DNA from: Patescibacteria group bacterium
GTDB taxonomy: Bacteria; Patescibacteriota; Patescibacteriia; Patescibacteriales; JAQTRU01
Direction of reading: 5' to 3'
Length of the DNA: 37,500 nt
Assembly: GCA_041648955.1 (NCBI GenBank)
Contig: JBAZOD010000002.1
Location: 1-37,500 of the forward strand
Below are positions 15,870 to 24,763 of the stretch, piece by piece. Below the pieces are notes generated by a model. That model searched no databases, was not told the origin of the DNA, and saw nothing but the letters and a program-made list of their open reading frames with translations. The translations under genes and the position numbers were made by a program. Position 1 is the stretch's first letter. Each line of letters opens with the position of its first letter.

Positions 15870-16262
15870 ATGTTAGCAAAAAAAGACAAACAAAAACTCA
15901 TTGCGAAATTCAGAACCCATGACAGCGACACAGGTTCTCCGCAAGTGCAAATCGCCATTTTGACTGAAGAAATCAAACAGTTGACTGAGCATTTAAAAAA
16001 GCACAAACATGATCATTCTTCTCGACGCGGACTTTTAAAAAAAGTCGGGGAAAGAAGAAAATTATTAAAGTACCTGCAAAAAGAAGATGAAAAATCTTTT
16101 AAGGATTTAACCGAAAGATTGAAATTAAAAATAGCCAAGAGAATGCAGGAAGAAGAGGATGAAAGACTGAGGATAGAAGAAGAACTAAACAAAAAGGATG
16201 AGATAAAGGCAGAGGAAGAAGAAGAGGTAGAAGAAGTTGCTGACGACAAAGACGAAGAATAA
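15870..16262 (+). CDS. rpsO: 30S ribosomal protein S15 with about 42-aa acidic C-terminal extension
   Basis: DTGSPQVQIAILTEEI..L..HLKKHKHDHSSRRGLLKKVGERRKLLKYL aligns to canonical S15. Start taken at MLAKKDK (15870). The tail is ...EEEDERLRIEEELNKKDEIKAEEEEEVEEVADDKDEE. Confidence 0.9.
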   Translation: MLAKKDKQKLIAKFRTHDSDTGSPQVQIAILTEEIKQLTEHLKKHKHDHSSRRGLLKKVGERRKLLKYLQKEDEKSFKDLTERLKLKIAKRMQEEEDERLRIEEELNKKDEIKAEEEEEVEEVADDKDEE

Positions 16263-16288
16263 AATACAAACAAACTCTATATAAAAAT

Positions 16289-16786
16289 ATGATAAAACAT
16301 AAAGATCAGCGTGTCGGCGTTTTGGTTGACGTGTCAAACATGTATCACTCGGCGAAAAATCTTTATAGTCAAAAAGTAAACTTCAAAGAAATATTAAAAG
16401 AAGCAGTAGCCGGCAGAAAATTAATCCGCGCTACTGCTTATGTTATAAAGACAGAGGGCGGAGAAGAAATGCCTTTCTTTGAAGCTTTGAGCCAGCAGGG
16501 TTTTGAAGTTAAAATGAAAGATTTGCAGATATTCGCCGGCGGAAATAAAAAAGCTGATTGGGATGTCGGCATCTCGGTTGACGCTATTAAGCTAGCCGAC
16601 AAACTTGACGTGGTCATCTTAGTAACCGGAGACGGCGATTACCTGCCCTTAGTCAGTTATCTCCAAAACACAAAAAGCTGTTTAGTGGAAGTGATGGCTT
16701 TCAGACAAACTGCTTCGTCAAAGCTAATAGAAGAATCCGATGATTTCACAAATTTAAGCGATAACAAAAAATTCTTAAGACAATAA
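16289..16786 (+). CDS. NYN-domain (LabA-like) protein
   Basis: VGVLVDVSNMYHSAKNLY...ATAYV...DWDVGISVDAI...VILVTGDGDYLPLV matches the NYN/LabA pattern. Confidence 0.8.
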   Translation: MIKHKDQRVGVLVDVSNMYHSAKNLYSQKVNFKEILKEAVAGRKLIRATAYVIKTEGGEEMPFFEALSQQGFEVKMKDLQIFAGGNKKADWDVGISVDAIKLADKLDVVILVTGDGDYLPLVSYLQNTKSCLVEVMAFRQTASSKLIEESDDFTNLSDNKKFLRQ

Positions 16787-16878
16787 ATAATTATTAATAT
16801 AAGTTTGGCCGTTAGATAGATAGCGCTGTGAGTAATTTCTCATAGTTCTGTAATCTACCGACCAAGCACAAAAAACAA

Positions 16879-19140
16879 ATGAGTAAAGAACAAGAGTTTT
16901 CTGCTAAATGGCTTGGCCGAACACTCACTATAAAAACAGGCAAACTGGCTAAACAAGCTGATTCTGCCGTAACCGTACAGTATGGAGATACTGTTGTTTT
17001 GGCTACCGTCGTCCAAAGCAAAGAAGAAAGAGACGGAGTTGATTATTTCCCTTTATCAGTTGATTTCGAAGAAAAACTATACGCTGCGGGAATTATAAAA
17101 GGATCACAATGGATAAAACGCGAAGGCCGACCATCAGAAGAATCTATTCTATCTGGCCGCATGGTCGACAGGGCTGTTAGACCATTATTTAATGACTCAT
17201 CCAGAAAAGACGTACAACTCGTGCTTTCTATTCTTTCGGTTGACCAAGAAAATGATCACGATATTGTAGCCTTGATTGCCGCCTCAGCGGCTCTTTCTAT
17301 TTCCGGCGTTAAATGGAACGGACCAATTGGCGGCATCCGCGTTGCCAGAAATGAGGGCAAATTAATTTTTAACCCGACTTATGCAGAAAGAGAAAAAAGC
17401 GATTTGGATTTGACTGTTGCCGGAACAAACAAAAAATCAATCATGATTGAGGCGGGAGCAAGCGAAGTAACAGAGGATGATATGTACGAAGCTATTTTGG
17501 CTGGACAAAAAGAAATGCAGCCAGCGATTGATTTAATCAAAAAATTTGCCGAAAAAATTGGGGCAAAAGAAATAAAAGAAAAAAAAGAAAAGAAGGGCGC
17601 GGATGAAATAGCCAGCGAAAAAGAAAAAGAAGCCTTGATCGCCAAGGCTGACGAATGGCTGAAAAAAAACGTAAATAAAATTTTGTTCAACAAAGAATAT
17701 TATACAAAAGGAGAACGAAAGATGGCCGTGGGTTTAATTAAAGAAGGCCTGGATGAATTTCTATTTTCGGAAGGTGTTTCTAAAGACAACCGGCATTTCG
17801 TTATTGATAAAACAATTGACAAGGCAGTTGATTCTGAAGTAACCAGAGAAATTATAGAAAACAGCAGACGCGTAGATGGTCGAGGTCTGGAAGAAATCAG
17901 AAATTTAGAAGCTGATATTGATGTCCTGCCGAGAAACCATGGAGCTGGTCTTTTTTCCAGAGGAGAAACTCAGGTATTATCTATTGTCACTCTTGGCGCT
18001 GCCGGGCTTGCTCAAAGTATTGAAGGTCTTGAGGGTAATAGCAAAAAAAGATTCATGCATCATTATAATTTTCCCTCATTTTCAGTGGGCGAAGCCAAGC
18101 CAAACCGCGGTCCTAGCAGACGCGATATCGGACATGGCGCCTTAGCGGAAAAAGCTCTTGAAAAAATGATTCCAGCTAAAGAAGATTTCCCTTATACCAT
18201 CCGCGTTGTATCTGAAACTCTTGGCTCTAACGGCTCATCTTCTATGGGCGCAACCTGCGCTTCTACCTTAGCTCTCATGCATGCCGGCGTTCCAATAAAA
18301 AAACCAGTAGCGGGAATCGCCATCGGTCTAGCGTCTAATGACGACATGAGCAAATGGAAAGTTTTAACTGACATCCAAGATTTGGAGGACGGGAAAGGCG
18401 GTATGGATTTCAAAATAACAGGAACAACGGATGGAATCACTGCTATTCAACTTGATACAAAAACAAACGGCCTTACCGAAGAAATTATTAAAGAAGCTCT
18501 CAGACAAGGACGCGAAGGCAGGCTGAAAATTTTGGAAGTTATCAAAAAAACTATTCCTGAGCCGAACAAAGAACTTTCAAAATATGCGCCAAGAATTACC
18601 AGCTTCCATATCAATCCTGACAAAATTAGAGAGGTCATCGGAACAGGCGGAAAAATTATCAATGAAATTATTGCTAAACATGAAGTTCAAATTGATATTG
18701 AAGATGACGGCCTAGTAATGGTTTGCGGGGTTAATGCCGAGGGCGTTGAAAAAGCCGTGGCTTGGATTAAAGACATTGTCAGAGAAATTGAAGCAGGCGA
18801 AAAATTCACCGGCAAAGTTATGCGCATGCTAGATTTTGGCGCCTTCGTAGAATTACTTCCGGGCAGAGACGGTATGGTTCATGTGAGCGAAATGGCCCCA
18901 TACAGAGTCGGAAAACCAAGCGATCTCCTAAAAGAAGGCGACATTGTCACCGTGATCGTGAAAGAAATTGACGAAAAGGGAAGAGTAAATTTGACCATGA
19001 AAGGCCTGCCTGAAAATCAAGCGCTTTGGAAAGATGAAAAAGGAAAATCAGACGGTAATGGTGGAGACCGGCCAAGATTCGGAGGCGGAGGACGAGATAA
19101 ATTTTCCGGACGCGGAGATGGCGGCAGACGAAGATTTTAA
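16879..19140 (+). CDS. pnp: Polynucleotide phosphorylase with RGG-rich C-terminal tail
   Basis: Two RNase PH-like domains (RVDGR...IR, GSSSMGATCASTLALM), KH (IREVIGTGGKIIN) and S1 (GKVMRMLDFGAFVEL). The tail is GDRPRFGGGGRDKFSGRGDGGRRRF. Confidence 0.95.
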   Translation: MSKEQEFSAKWLGRTLTIKTGKLAKQADSAVTVQYGDTVVLATVVQSKEERDGVDYFPLSVDFEEKLYAAGIIKGSQWIKREGRPSEESILSGRMVDRAVRPLFNDSSRKDVQLVLSILSVDQENDHDIVALIAASAALSISGVKWNGPIGGIRVARNEGKLIFNPTYAEREKSDLDLTVAGTNKKSIMIEAGASEVTEDDMYEAILAGQKEMQPAIDLIKKFAEKIGAKEIKEKKEKKGADEIASEKEKEALIAKADEWLKKNVNKILFNKEYYTKGERKMAVGLIKEGLDEFLFSEGVSKDNRHFVIDKTIDKAVDSEVTREIIENSRRVDGRGLEEIRNLEADIDVLPRNHGAGLFSRGETQVLSIVTLGAAGLAQSIEGLEGNSKKRFMHHYNFPSFSVGEAKPNRGPSRRDIGHGALAEKALEKMIPAKEDFPYTIRVVSETLGSNGSSSMGATCASTLALMHAGVPIKKPVAGIAIGLASNDDMSKWKVLTDIQDLEDGKGGMDFKITGTTDGITAIQLDTKTNGLTEEIIKEALRQGREGRLKILEVIKKTIPEPNKELSKYAPRITSFHINPDKIREVIGTGGKIINEIIAKHEVQIDIEDDGLVMVCGVNAEGVEKAVAWIKDIVREIEAGEKFTGKVMRMLDFGAFVELLPGRDGMVHVSEMAPYRVGKPSDLLKEGDIVTVIVKEIDEKGRVNLTMKGLPENQALWKDEKGKSDGNGGDRPRFGGGGRDKFSGRGDGGRRRF

Positions 19141-19152
19141 AAAAAATAAAAT

Positions 19153-19186
19153 AAAAAAGATGAGATTAAAATCTCATCTTTTTTAT
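19153..19186. terminator. Bidirectional terminator between convergent pnp and the ATP-grasp gene
   Basis: aaaaaagatgagat-taaa-atctcatctttttt: a perfect 9-bp stem flanked by A and T runs. Confidence 0.65.
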
Positions 19187-19200
19187 TAAAAAATTTTATC

Positions 19201-20175
19201 TTATAATGTCGTAATCGGCCGAGACTGAGTAATATAAAATTTCCCGCCTGCCAAGGCCCATTCAATATCCTGCGGTTTTTTGTAATGCTTTTCAATTTTG
19301 TCGCAAAGTTTGGCAAGCTCAACAATTTCTTTACCCGTTAAAGTTTGCTTTTCTTGTTTTGCTTTTGGCACAATTTTCCAAATATTTCCGCCAGCTGGTT
19401 TTCTCACGAGCATTTTTTTCTGTTCCGCGACATTAATATCCGACAAACTGAAATCGCGTTTGTCTATTACATAAGTATCTGGCGTAATTTGCCCGGACAC
19501 AATCGCTTCCCCCAAGCCATATCCAGCTTCAATTACCATCTGATTTTTATCTTTTGTAATTGGATGAACCGTAAAACAAATTCCGGAAATTTCCGATTGA
19601 ACCATTTCTTGCACCACCACTGCGACTGAAACTCTCTGATCAATCATTTTCTTTTCATAGCGATAAAAAATCGCCCGCGGGGTAAAAAGAGAAGACCAGC
19701 ATTTTTTTACATTAGTAAGCAAGCTCTTTTCTTCGGTATTAAGATAAGTTTCCAGCTCGCCTGCCCAGGAAGCGATTGAAGAATCTTCAGCCGTGGCGGA
19801 ACTTCTCACCGCCACATATTTAGCTTTGAGTTTTTTGAATTCAGCCGTAATCTCTGTGGCCAGTTTTCCCGGAACCATCGTATCCCCCATAATATCACGA
19901 ATAATATTTGAAGCCTGGTCAATAGAATTGGTGTCGTCATAATTAACTTTGGAAAGCTGAGCGGTAATATCAAGCCCAGTTTGACCCGCTGGTGATTTTG
20001 GCGTATTATCCATAAAATAATCAAAGGCTGGAGCCAATATTACAAAACCAGGTGGCACTGGAATGCCAGCCCGAGTCATTTCTCCTAAGGAGGCACCTTT
20101 ACCTCCAGCAATTCCCACGTCTTTTTTGCTTAAATTAGCAAAATTTTTTATAAATTGTTGTTTTTTACTTGACAT
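19201..20175 (-). CDS. Stand-alone PEP-synthase/PPDK-type ATP-grasp (nucleotide-binding) domain protein
   Basis: GIAGGKGASLGEMTRAGIPVPPGF, VAVRSSATAEDS, GEAIVSG, PQDIEWALAGGKFYITQSRPITT. It aligns with the N-terminal domain of PpsA and ends exactly at its boundary. There is no His-swivel or PEP/pyruvate domain. Confidence 0.85.
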   Translation of the reverse strand: MSSKKQQFIKNFANLSKKDVGIAGGKGASLGEMTRAGIPVPPGFVILAPAFDYFMDNTPKSPAGQTGLDITAQLSKVNYDDTNSIDQASNIIRDIMGDTMVPGKLATEITAEFKKLKAKYVAVRSSATAEDSSIASWAGELETYLNTEEKSLLTNVKKCWSSLFTPRAIFYRYEKKMIDQRVSVAVVVQEMVQSEISGICFTVHPITKDKNQMVIEAGYGLGEAIVSGQITPDTYVIDKRDFSLSDINVAEQKKMLVRKPAGGNIWKIVPKAKQEKQTLTGKEIVELAKLCDKIEKHYKKPQDIEWALAGGKFYITQSRPITTL

Positions 20176-20286
20176 AATGTTTAAAAAATGATATACTTAT
20201 ATATTGACTGTTCCTTTACATTTTAACAGAATTTATTGAAATTCACCATATAATACATTATATTTCACACTGAACAGGAGAAAGTC

Positions 20287-20913
20287 ATGCGAACCTTTCG
20301 TGAACTTCGTAAAGACGAAAGCAGAGTTATTCTTGTGCGGCACGCGCCCCACAAAAACAATATCATTTTACCGAAATATATCATGCTTTGCCAAGCAATT
20401 GGTAGAGCGCTCAAGCAATCCGGGATTGAACTCGCCTCTTGCGTTTCATCTTCCATATTGCGTGCAAAATCAACAGCGGAAAATATTCTCAATGGAGCTG
20501 ATAGTTCTTTGTGCGTTATTGAAGCCCTGGAGCTGATCGATTTAATGGCTTTAGCCCCGGATGCGAAAATAATCGCTAAGGCCGAGGCAATCGCGACAAG
20601 TCTGAATTTTGCCGGAGATGAGGGATTATTCAAAATTATGTTTGATTCTTCTTTCCCGGAATTCTATGGGTTAGTCAAAAGCCGCGGCGAAGAAACTGCG
20701 AATTTTTTAAGGCAGCTTGCCGAAAAAAACCAGGAGTCAAATTGTCTTATTGTCACACACTTGGGGAGAATCCCAAACTCCTTGCAGATTCTGCACGGTG
20801 AAGAAATTCATCCGCCCGATCGGCTGGCAGGCAATTGTCAGGTTATTGAATTGATTTTTTCTAAAGGAAAATTGATCAAGGAAAATTGGCTTGATATAAA
20901 TGAACTTTTGTAG
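20287..20913 (+). CDS. Histidine-phosphatase superfamily protein (phosphoglycerate-mutase/SixA-like)
   Basis: N-terminal VILVRHAPH (RH catalytic motif) and a distal IVTHLG histidine. GC is intermediate between background and the next gene. Confidence 0.6.
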   Translation: MRTFRELRKDESRVILVRHAPHKNNIILPKYIMLCQAIGRALKQSGIELASCVSSSILRAKSTAENILNGADSSLCVIEALELIDLMALAPDAKIIAKAEAIATSLNFAGDEGLFKIMFDSSFPEFYGLVKSRGEETANFLRQLAEKNQESNCLIVTHLGRIPNSLQILHGEEIHPPDRLAGNCQVIELIFSKGKLIKENWLDINELL

Positions 20914-20924
20914 GGGGAAGGACC

Positions 20925-22184
20925 ATGAAAATTCTAGTCATTGTTTTGGGATTGTTTTTTACCATAAACCATTCTTTCGCGGAGGAAATCATGACTCCAA
21001 AATTACTGCAAGCGGCGCAAAACATGCAGAGTTATGTCGCCAATATCAGGGAGTATCTGCATCAACATCCGGGTATTCGGTTTTCAAAAGAAGAAACGGC
21101 GGCTCTCGAGTTTATCCAGGCGGAAGTCAAAGCCAAAATAAATTCCTCCCCTTACCGCGTAACCATACGCATGATGTCGGGAGGACTCGTCGTTGATGTC
21201 GAAGCCGATCCGAAATTCAACTGGATTCTGTTCAGGGCGGATATCGATGCTCTGGGCGTGGCCGAGGAAACCGGTTTGCCATATTCTTCGCAGACCCTGG
21301 GTGTCTCGCATGCCTGCGGTCATGACGCGAACAGCGCCATGCTCCTGGGCGCGCTCCGCCGCATTATTGAAGGCAAGCTCCCGATCAAACACAACATCCG
21401 CTTCGTGTTCCAGAGAGCCGAGGAAAACCCGATCACCGAATCGGGCGGAGCCATGCTCGTCCGCGAAGGCGTGCTTGACGGCGTATCCGCCGTCTATGCA
21501 ACGCACATCTTCACGGAGAACCAGGCGCCCAGCGGCCAGTGGCAGACTCGGCGCGGCCCGTTCATGAGTAATTCCGGACGCGTGAAAATCGAAATCACGT
21601 GCGAAGGCGGTCACGTCGCGACCCCGAACGAGGGGTCAAACGCGACGGAGATTATGGCCGACATCATCGTCGGGATGCGGAGTTTCGCTATAACGCATCT
21701 CGGGCCGTTGGAACCGACCAGCATTGTGCCCGCGACCGCTTCCGCTGGCGAGCCCAATGCGTCAAACGTCCGCCCGGGAAGCGCGGTGCTGTGGTTTTCT
21801 TTTCGCCATTTGCTTTCCCCCGAAAAGGCGGGAAAGATCAAGGCGGAAATGAAAACCCGGATTGAAGCAATCGTGTCGGCTTATCCCGACGCGGAAGTGA
21901 AAATCACTTTCTACGACGGCCACCCGGCTCTTCGCAACGATCCGGCCGAAACGCAGAAGGTCATAGATCTTCTCGCCGCGGCGGGTGAAAAAGACGTGGT
22001 GGAAATCGACCCGCTCTTCGGCGGAGAAGATTTCGCCCACTATCTGAACAAGGTGCCGGGAACGATGGTCTTCCTCGGAGCCTGGCAGAAGGGATCTGGT
22101 ACTCATCACCAGAAAAATTTCAACCCCGATCCTTCCGTGTTCTGGAAAGGCGTGTTTTACTGGTTGCTTCTTGCAACCAACTGA
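20925..22184 (+). CDS. M20D-family amidohydrolase (N-acyl-amino-acid/hippurate hydrolase-like), GC-rich
   Basis: LHQHPGIRFSKEET, HACGHD, GGEDFAHY. Alternative start ATG 20991 is preceded by GGAGG (20981-20985). The upstream 22 codons (MKILVIVLGLFFTINHSFAEEI) look like a signal peptide. Confidence 0.85.
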   Translation: MKILVIVLGLFFTINHSFAEEIMTPKLLQAAQNMQSYVANIREYLHQHPGIRFSKEETAALEFIQAEVKAKINSSPYRVTIRMMSGGLVVDVEADPKFNWILFRADIDALGVAEETGLPYSSQTLGVSHACGHDANSAMLLGALRRIIEGKLPIKHNIRFVFQRAEENPITESGGAMLVREGVLDGVSAVYATHIFTENQAPSGQWQTRRGPFMSNSGRVKIEITCEGGHVATPNEGSNATEIMADIIVGMRSFAITHLGPLEPTSIVPATASAGEPNASNVRPGSAVLWFSFRHLLSPEKAGKIKAEMKTRIEAIVSAYPDAEVKITFYDGHPALRNDPAETQKVIDLLAAAGEKDVVEIDPLFGGEDFAHYLNKVPGTMVFLGAWQKGSGTHHQKNFNPDPSVFWKGVFYWLLLATN

Positions 22185-22200
22185 TCCCTTTCCAAATAAA

Positions 22201-22241
22201 TAATTACCCCCGTCATGCAAATGATGGGGGTAATTTTTTTT
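22201..22241. terminator. Bidirectional terminator between convergent genes
   Basis: taattacccccgtcat-gcaa-atgatgggggtaatt followed by a T-run. A 14-bp stem with one G-U pair. Confidence 0.7.
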
Positions 22242-22243
22242 GA

Positions 22244-23170
22244 TTAAACTTTTATATCCAGCAAATAAGTTACAACCGCCAGTCCCGCTTCCACATAAGG
22301 CTCTTGCTGTGTGTAGACCGCTCTTGGGTCCGAATCAACTTCTTTCTCAATTTCAAAGATGCGCGGTTTTAGCATTAACAATATGGCGTCTTTTCTTAAT
22401 TTTTTCATGTGCTCGGTGTTGATAGACTTATAGCTTTTTAAAATTATCTCTTCTTTTTCTTTTGAAAATTTGTCCGCGGGTATGATTCCTTTTTGCAGTC
22501 CTCTGGTTACAATTAAAACATCAACATCTCCGATAAAATTATCAAGCTTGTCATAACGCAAACTTTTTATGCCGTTGGCTCGGGCGCGGTCTTCCACTTC
22601 TTTCGGCAACGGGAAATGGCCCAAGTCGTCAATCACCATATCAACATTATACATGCCAAGAATTGGAACAAGCGCTTTAGTCACGCGATTTATTTCCGGC
22701 GTGCCATAGATTCCAACCTTGATACCCTCAAGTGGTCGCTTTAAATAATGACCCAAGAAACAAATTAACAAAGGCGTTGCTACTCCGTGTTCTCTTGAGC
22801 CACTGCCACTATTTATCACGGGGACGAATGAAGATTTAGCGGCTCTCTCCGAAGAATCGTCATCAGGATGCCGCAAAGCGATGCAATCGGCGAAACTACC
22901 ATATTCTCTGATAGTCTCTTCTAGCGTTTCTCCCTTGCCCATAGAAAGAGCGTCTTCTCCTGTTACCCCGATCCATCCTCCGCCGGCGCGCAACATCGCT
23001 GACTGAAACATATTCATAGTTCTGGTGGAAGGCTGAAAAAATAAAGTGGCGACAATTTTGCCTTTGCAAAGGTCATTCGGAATTCCTTCGGTCATAAATT
23101 TTTGAAATCTTCTTTGTATTTCAATATACTCGCTTTTATTAAGATCTTTAGAATAAATTAAATGTTTCAT
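22244..23170 (-). CDS. Aspartate/ornithine carbamoyltransferase-fold protein with degenerate active-site motifs
   Basis: FFQPSTRTMN (STRT carbamoyl-phosphate motif), KGETLEET, ALRHP and PVINSGSG are retained. HPTQ is replaced by HGVAT, and the C-terminal HPLP is replaced by LMLKP. Confidence 0.7.
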   Translation of the reverse strand: MKHLIYSKDLNKSEYIEIQRRFQKFMTEGIPNDLCKGKIVATLFFQPSTRTMNMFQSAMLRAGGGWIGVTGEDALSMGKGETLEETIREYGSFADCIALRHPDDDSSERAAKSSFVPVINSGSGSREHGVATPLLICFLGHYLKRPLEGIKVGIYGTPEINRVTKALVPILGMYNVDMVIDDLGHFPLPKEVEDRARANGIKSLRYDKLDNFIGDVDVLIVTRGLQKGIIPADKFSKEKEEIILKSYKSINTEHMKKLRKDAILLMLKPRIFEIEKEVDSDPRAVYTQQEPYVEAGLAVVTYLLDIKV

Positions 23171-23264
23171 AAATATTTTTTTAATAATAAATATACTTAA
23201 TTTTTTATTTTGCCGATTTTGTCCAAGAGCTCAAGCGATTGGCAACAAAATCGAGCATCCCGCC

Positions 23265-24761
23265 CTAGCGGCGGGATAACTTCCTCACTATTCCATTATT
23301 TGCATCAACCTCTACTATATCTCCGTCTTTTAGCAATAACATCACTCCCTGTACGCCGACAATGCAGGGAATTTTTAATTCTCTTGCCACAATAGCCGAG
23401 TGGCAGGTGATTCCTCCCTCTTCACTAATAATCGCGCCGGCCATTTTCATAATCGGAACGTATTCCGGCCGGGTGTTGGGAGCGACCAAGATATTTCCCT
23501 TTTTCATTTTATAAAAATCATTTTTGTCTTTGATAATTTTTACTTCCCCCTTCACAAAGCCCCTATAAGCCGCCATGCCTTTTAAATCTTTCTTCCGGGC
23601 AATCAACTTTCCTAAAAACCGATTTAGAGCGCCAGCCTCTTCCCCACAATACTCTTTTTCTCCTCTGATAAAGCCCCCGACAAAAAATAAAATTCCCTCA
23701 ACGCGGCTTAAAACCCGGCGCTTATCAGCGGAAGTGAGTTTTAAAATATCTTTTATTTCCCAAAAAAATGAATTTTCGATTATTTTAATGTCCAGTTTAG
23801 TTTTTTTAGCGAAAGCAGCCGCGAATTTTTTCAAAACCGCTCCCGCCATTTGATTATAGCTTTTCCGCTCATCCCTTAAATTCCCCAGGACAGACAAAAA
23901 ATTTAAAATATTTCTGGTTTCTGCCGGCAATCTATATTTTTTTATAATTTTCTCTTTTTTTCTTTTTAACTCCGCCAAATATTTCTTCATCTCTTGTTCG
24001 GCGCGAAGTTTATTTCTATCTTTTAATAACAATAATAAATTTTTATAAAAATAATCTGAACCCAAATAAATAACGCTGGCAAAATCGTTATGAAGCCAAT
24101 GATATTTGGCGCTATGCGCTTGTAGTTCTTTTTTTATTACAATTTTTAATATCTTATTATTTTTTAATACCCGTTCCGCAATATCTAAAAGCTCCAGCCT
24201 TTCCTTTTGCAGCCAAGAAGGCCTGGGCGGAGTTAATAATATTTCCAGCTCCGCCGGCTTGATCTCTTTGCTGTTTTTCTTAAGAGCCTTTTCTAAAATT
24301 TCTTCGCCACAATAGTCAAAACCGTCCAGAAAAATAACTTCTGACCACAAGTCTAAATATATCTTCGTAAAAATTTTAAAATGACAAAATAATTCTTTTA
24401 AATTTAACCCGGAAAAATCCAAATTAAAATATTCTTTCAAGGATTTTAAAAAAGGTAAGACATTATTTTCTTTCCAATTTTTATCCAATTCATAAATAAA
24501 CTTTTTATTTTTTCGCTGCTCACCAAAATAAAAATAAGCAACCTTTCTTAAAGATCTAATTGAAATATAATCAGACATGAAGTTATTTTTCAAAAAAACC
24601 GCTATTTCATATTTTGATTTTATTGTTTTTCCGAAAACTTTAAAATGCGAACAGGCATAAATCGGATAAGCAATATAAAAGGGTTTAACAGCGCCGCCTT
24701 GTAAATACCATTCTAATTTACCCAATTTATTTTTAATTAGTTTAATGCGATTATTTGTCAT
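23265..24761 (-). CDS. Paralogue 1: unrecognised N-terminal region plus PEP-utilizer phosphohistidine (swivel) domain
   Basis: C-terminal GNILVAPNTRPEYVPIMKMAGAIISEEGGITCHSAIVARELKIPCIVG. Shares the KYHW and RDERK blocks with the other four paralogues. Confidence 0.8.
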   Translation of the reverse strand: MTNNRIKLIKNKLGKLEWYLQGGAVKPFYIAYPIYACSHFKVFGKTIKSKYEIAVFLKNNFMSDYISIRSLRKVAYFYFGEQRKNKKFIYELDKNWKENNVLPFLKSLKEYFNLDFSGLNLKELFCHFKIFTKIYLDLWSEVIFLDGFDYCGEEILEKALKKNSKEIKPAELEILLTPPRPSWLQKERLELLDIAERVLKNNKILKIVIKKELQAHSAKYHWLHNDFASVIYLGSDYFYKNLLLLLKDRNKLRAEQEMKKYLAELKRKKEKIIKKYRLPAETRNILNFLSVLGNLRDERKSYNQMAGAVLKKFAAAFAKKTKLDIKIIENSFFWEIKDILKLTSADKRRVLSRVEGILFFVGGFIRGEKEYCGEEAGALNRFLGKLIARKKDLKGMAAYRGFVKGEVKIIKDKNDFYKMKKGNILVAPNTRPEYVPIMKMAGAIISEEGGITCHSAIVARELKIPCIVGVQGVMLLLKDGDIVEVDANNGIVRKLSRR

Positions 24762-24763
24762 AT

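Noticed and set aside
16013-16273. 86-aa Ser-rich ORF on the minus strand
   Set aside because: It is the antisense shadow of the GAA/GAG-rich acidic tail of rpsO. It is a pure low-complexity poly-Ser/Phe/Leu translation.
17379-18662. ORFs 17379..17693-, 17918..18145+, 18192..18440- and 18447..18662- inside pnp
   Set aside because: They are embedded in the well-supported pnp frame and have no motifs and no independent start or RBS context.
20925-20990. Signal peptide on the M20 amidohydrolase taken as established
   Set aside because: It is not rejected outright, but it is not asserted either. The internal ATG at 20991 has a stronger Shine-Dalgarno sequence (GGAGG) and marks the start of homology and of the GC-rich body, so the N-terminal extension may not be translated.
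20900-22220. Six overlapping ORFs in the track (20900..21196+, 21084..21614-, 21193..21567+, 21599..21865+, 21611..21841-, 21762..22220-)
   Set aside because: All lie inside or antisense to the GC-rich M20 amidohydrolase gene. High GC suppresses stop codons in every frame. Their translations are Arg/Ala/Ser/Pro-rich with no motifs, while the 20925..22184 frame carries clear M20D motifs.
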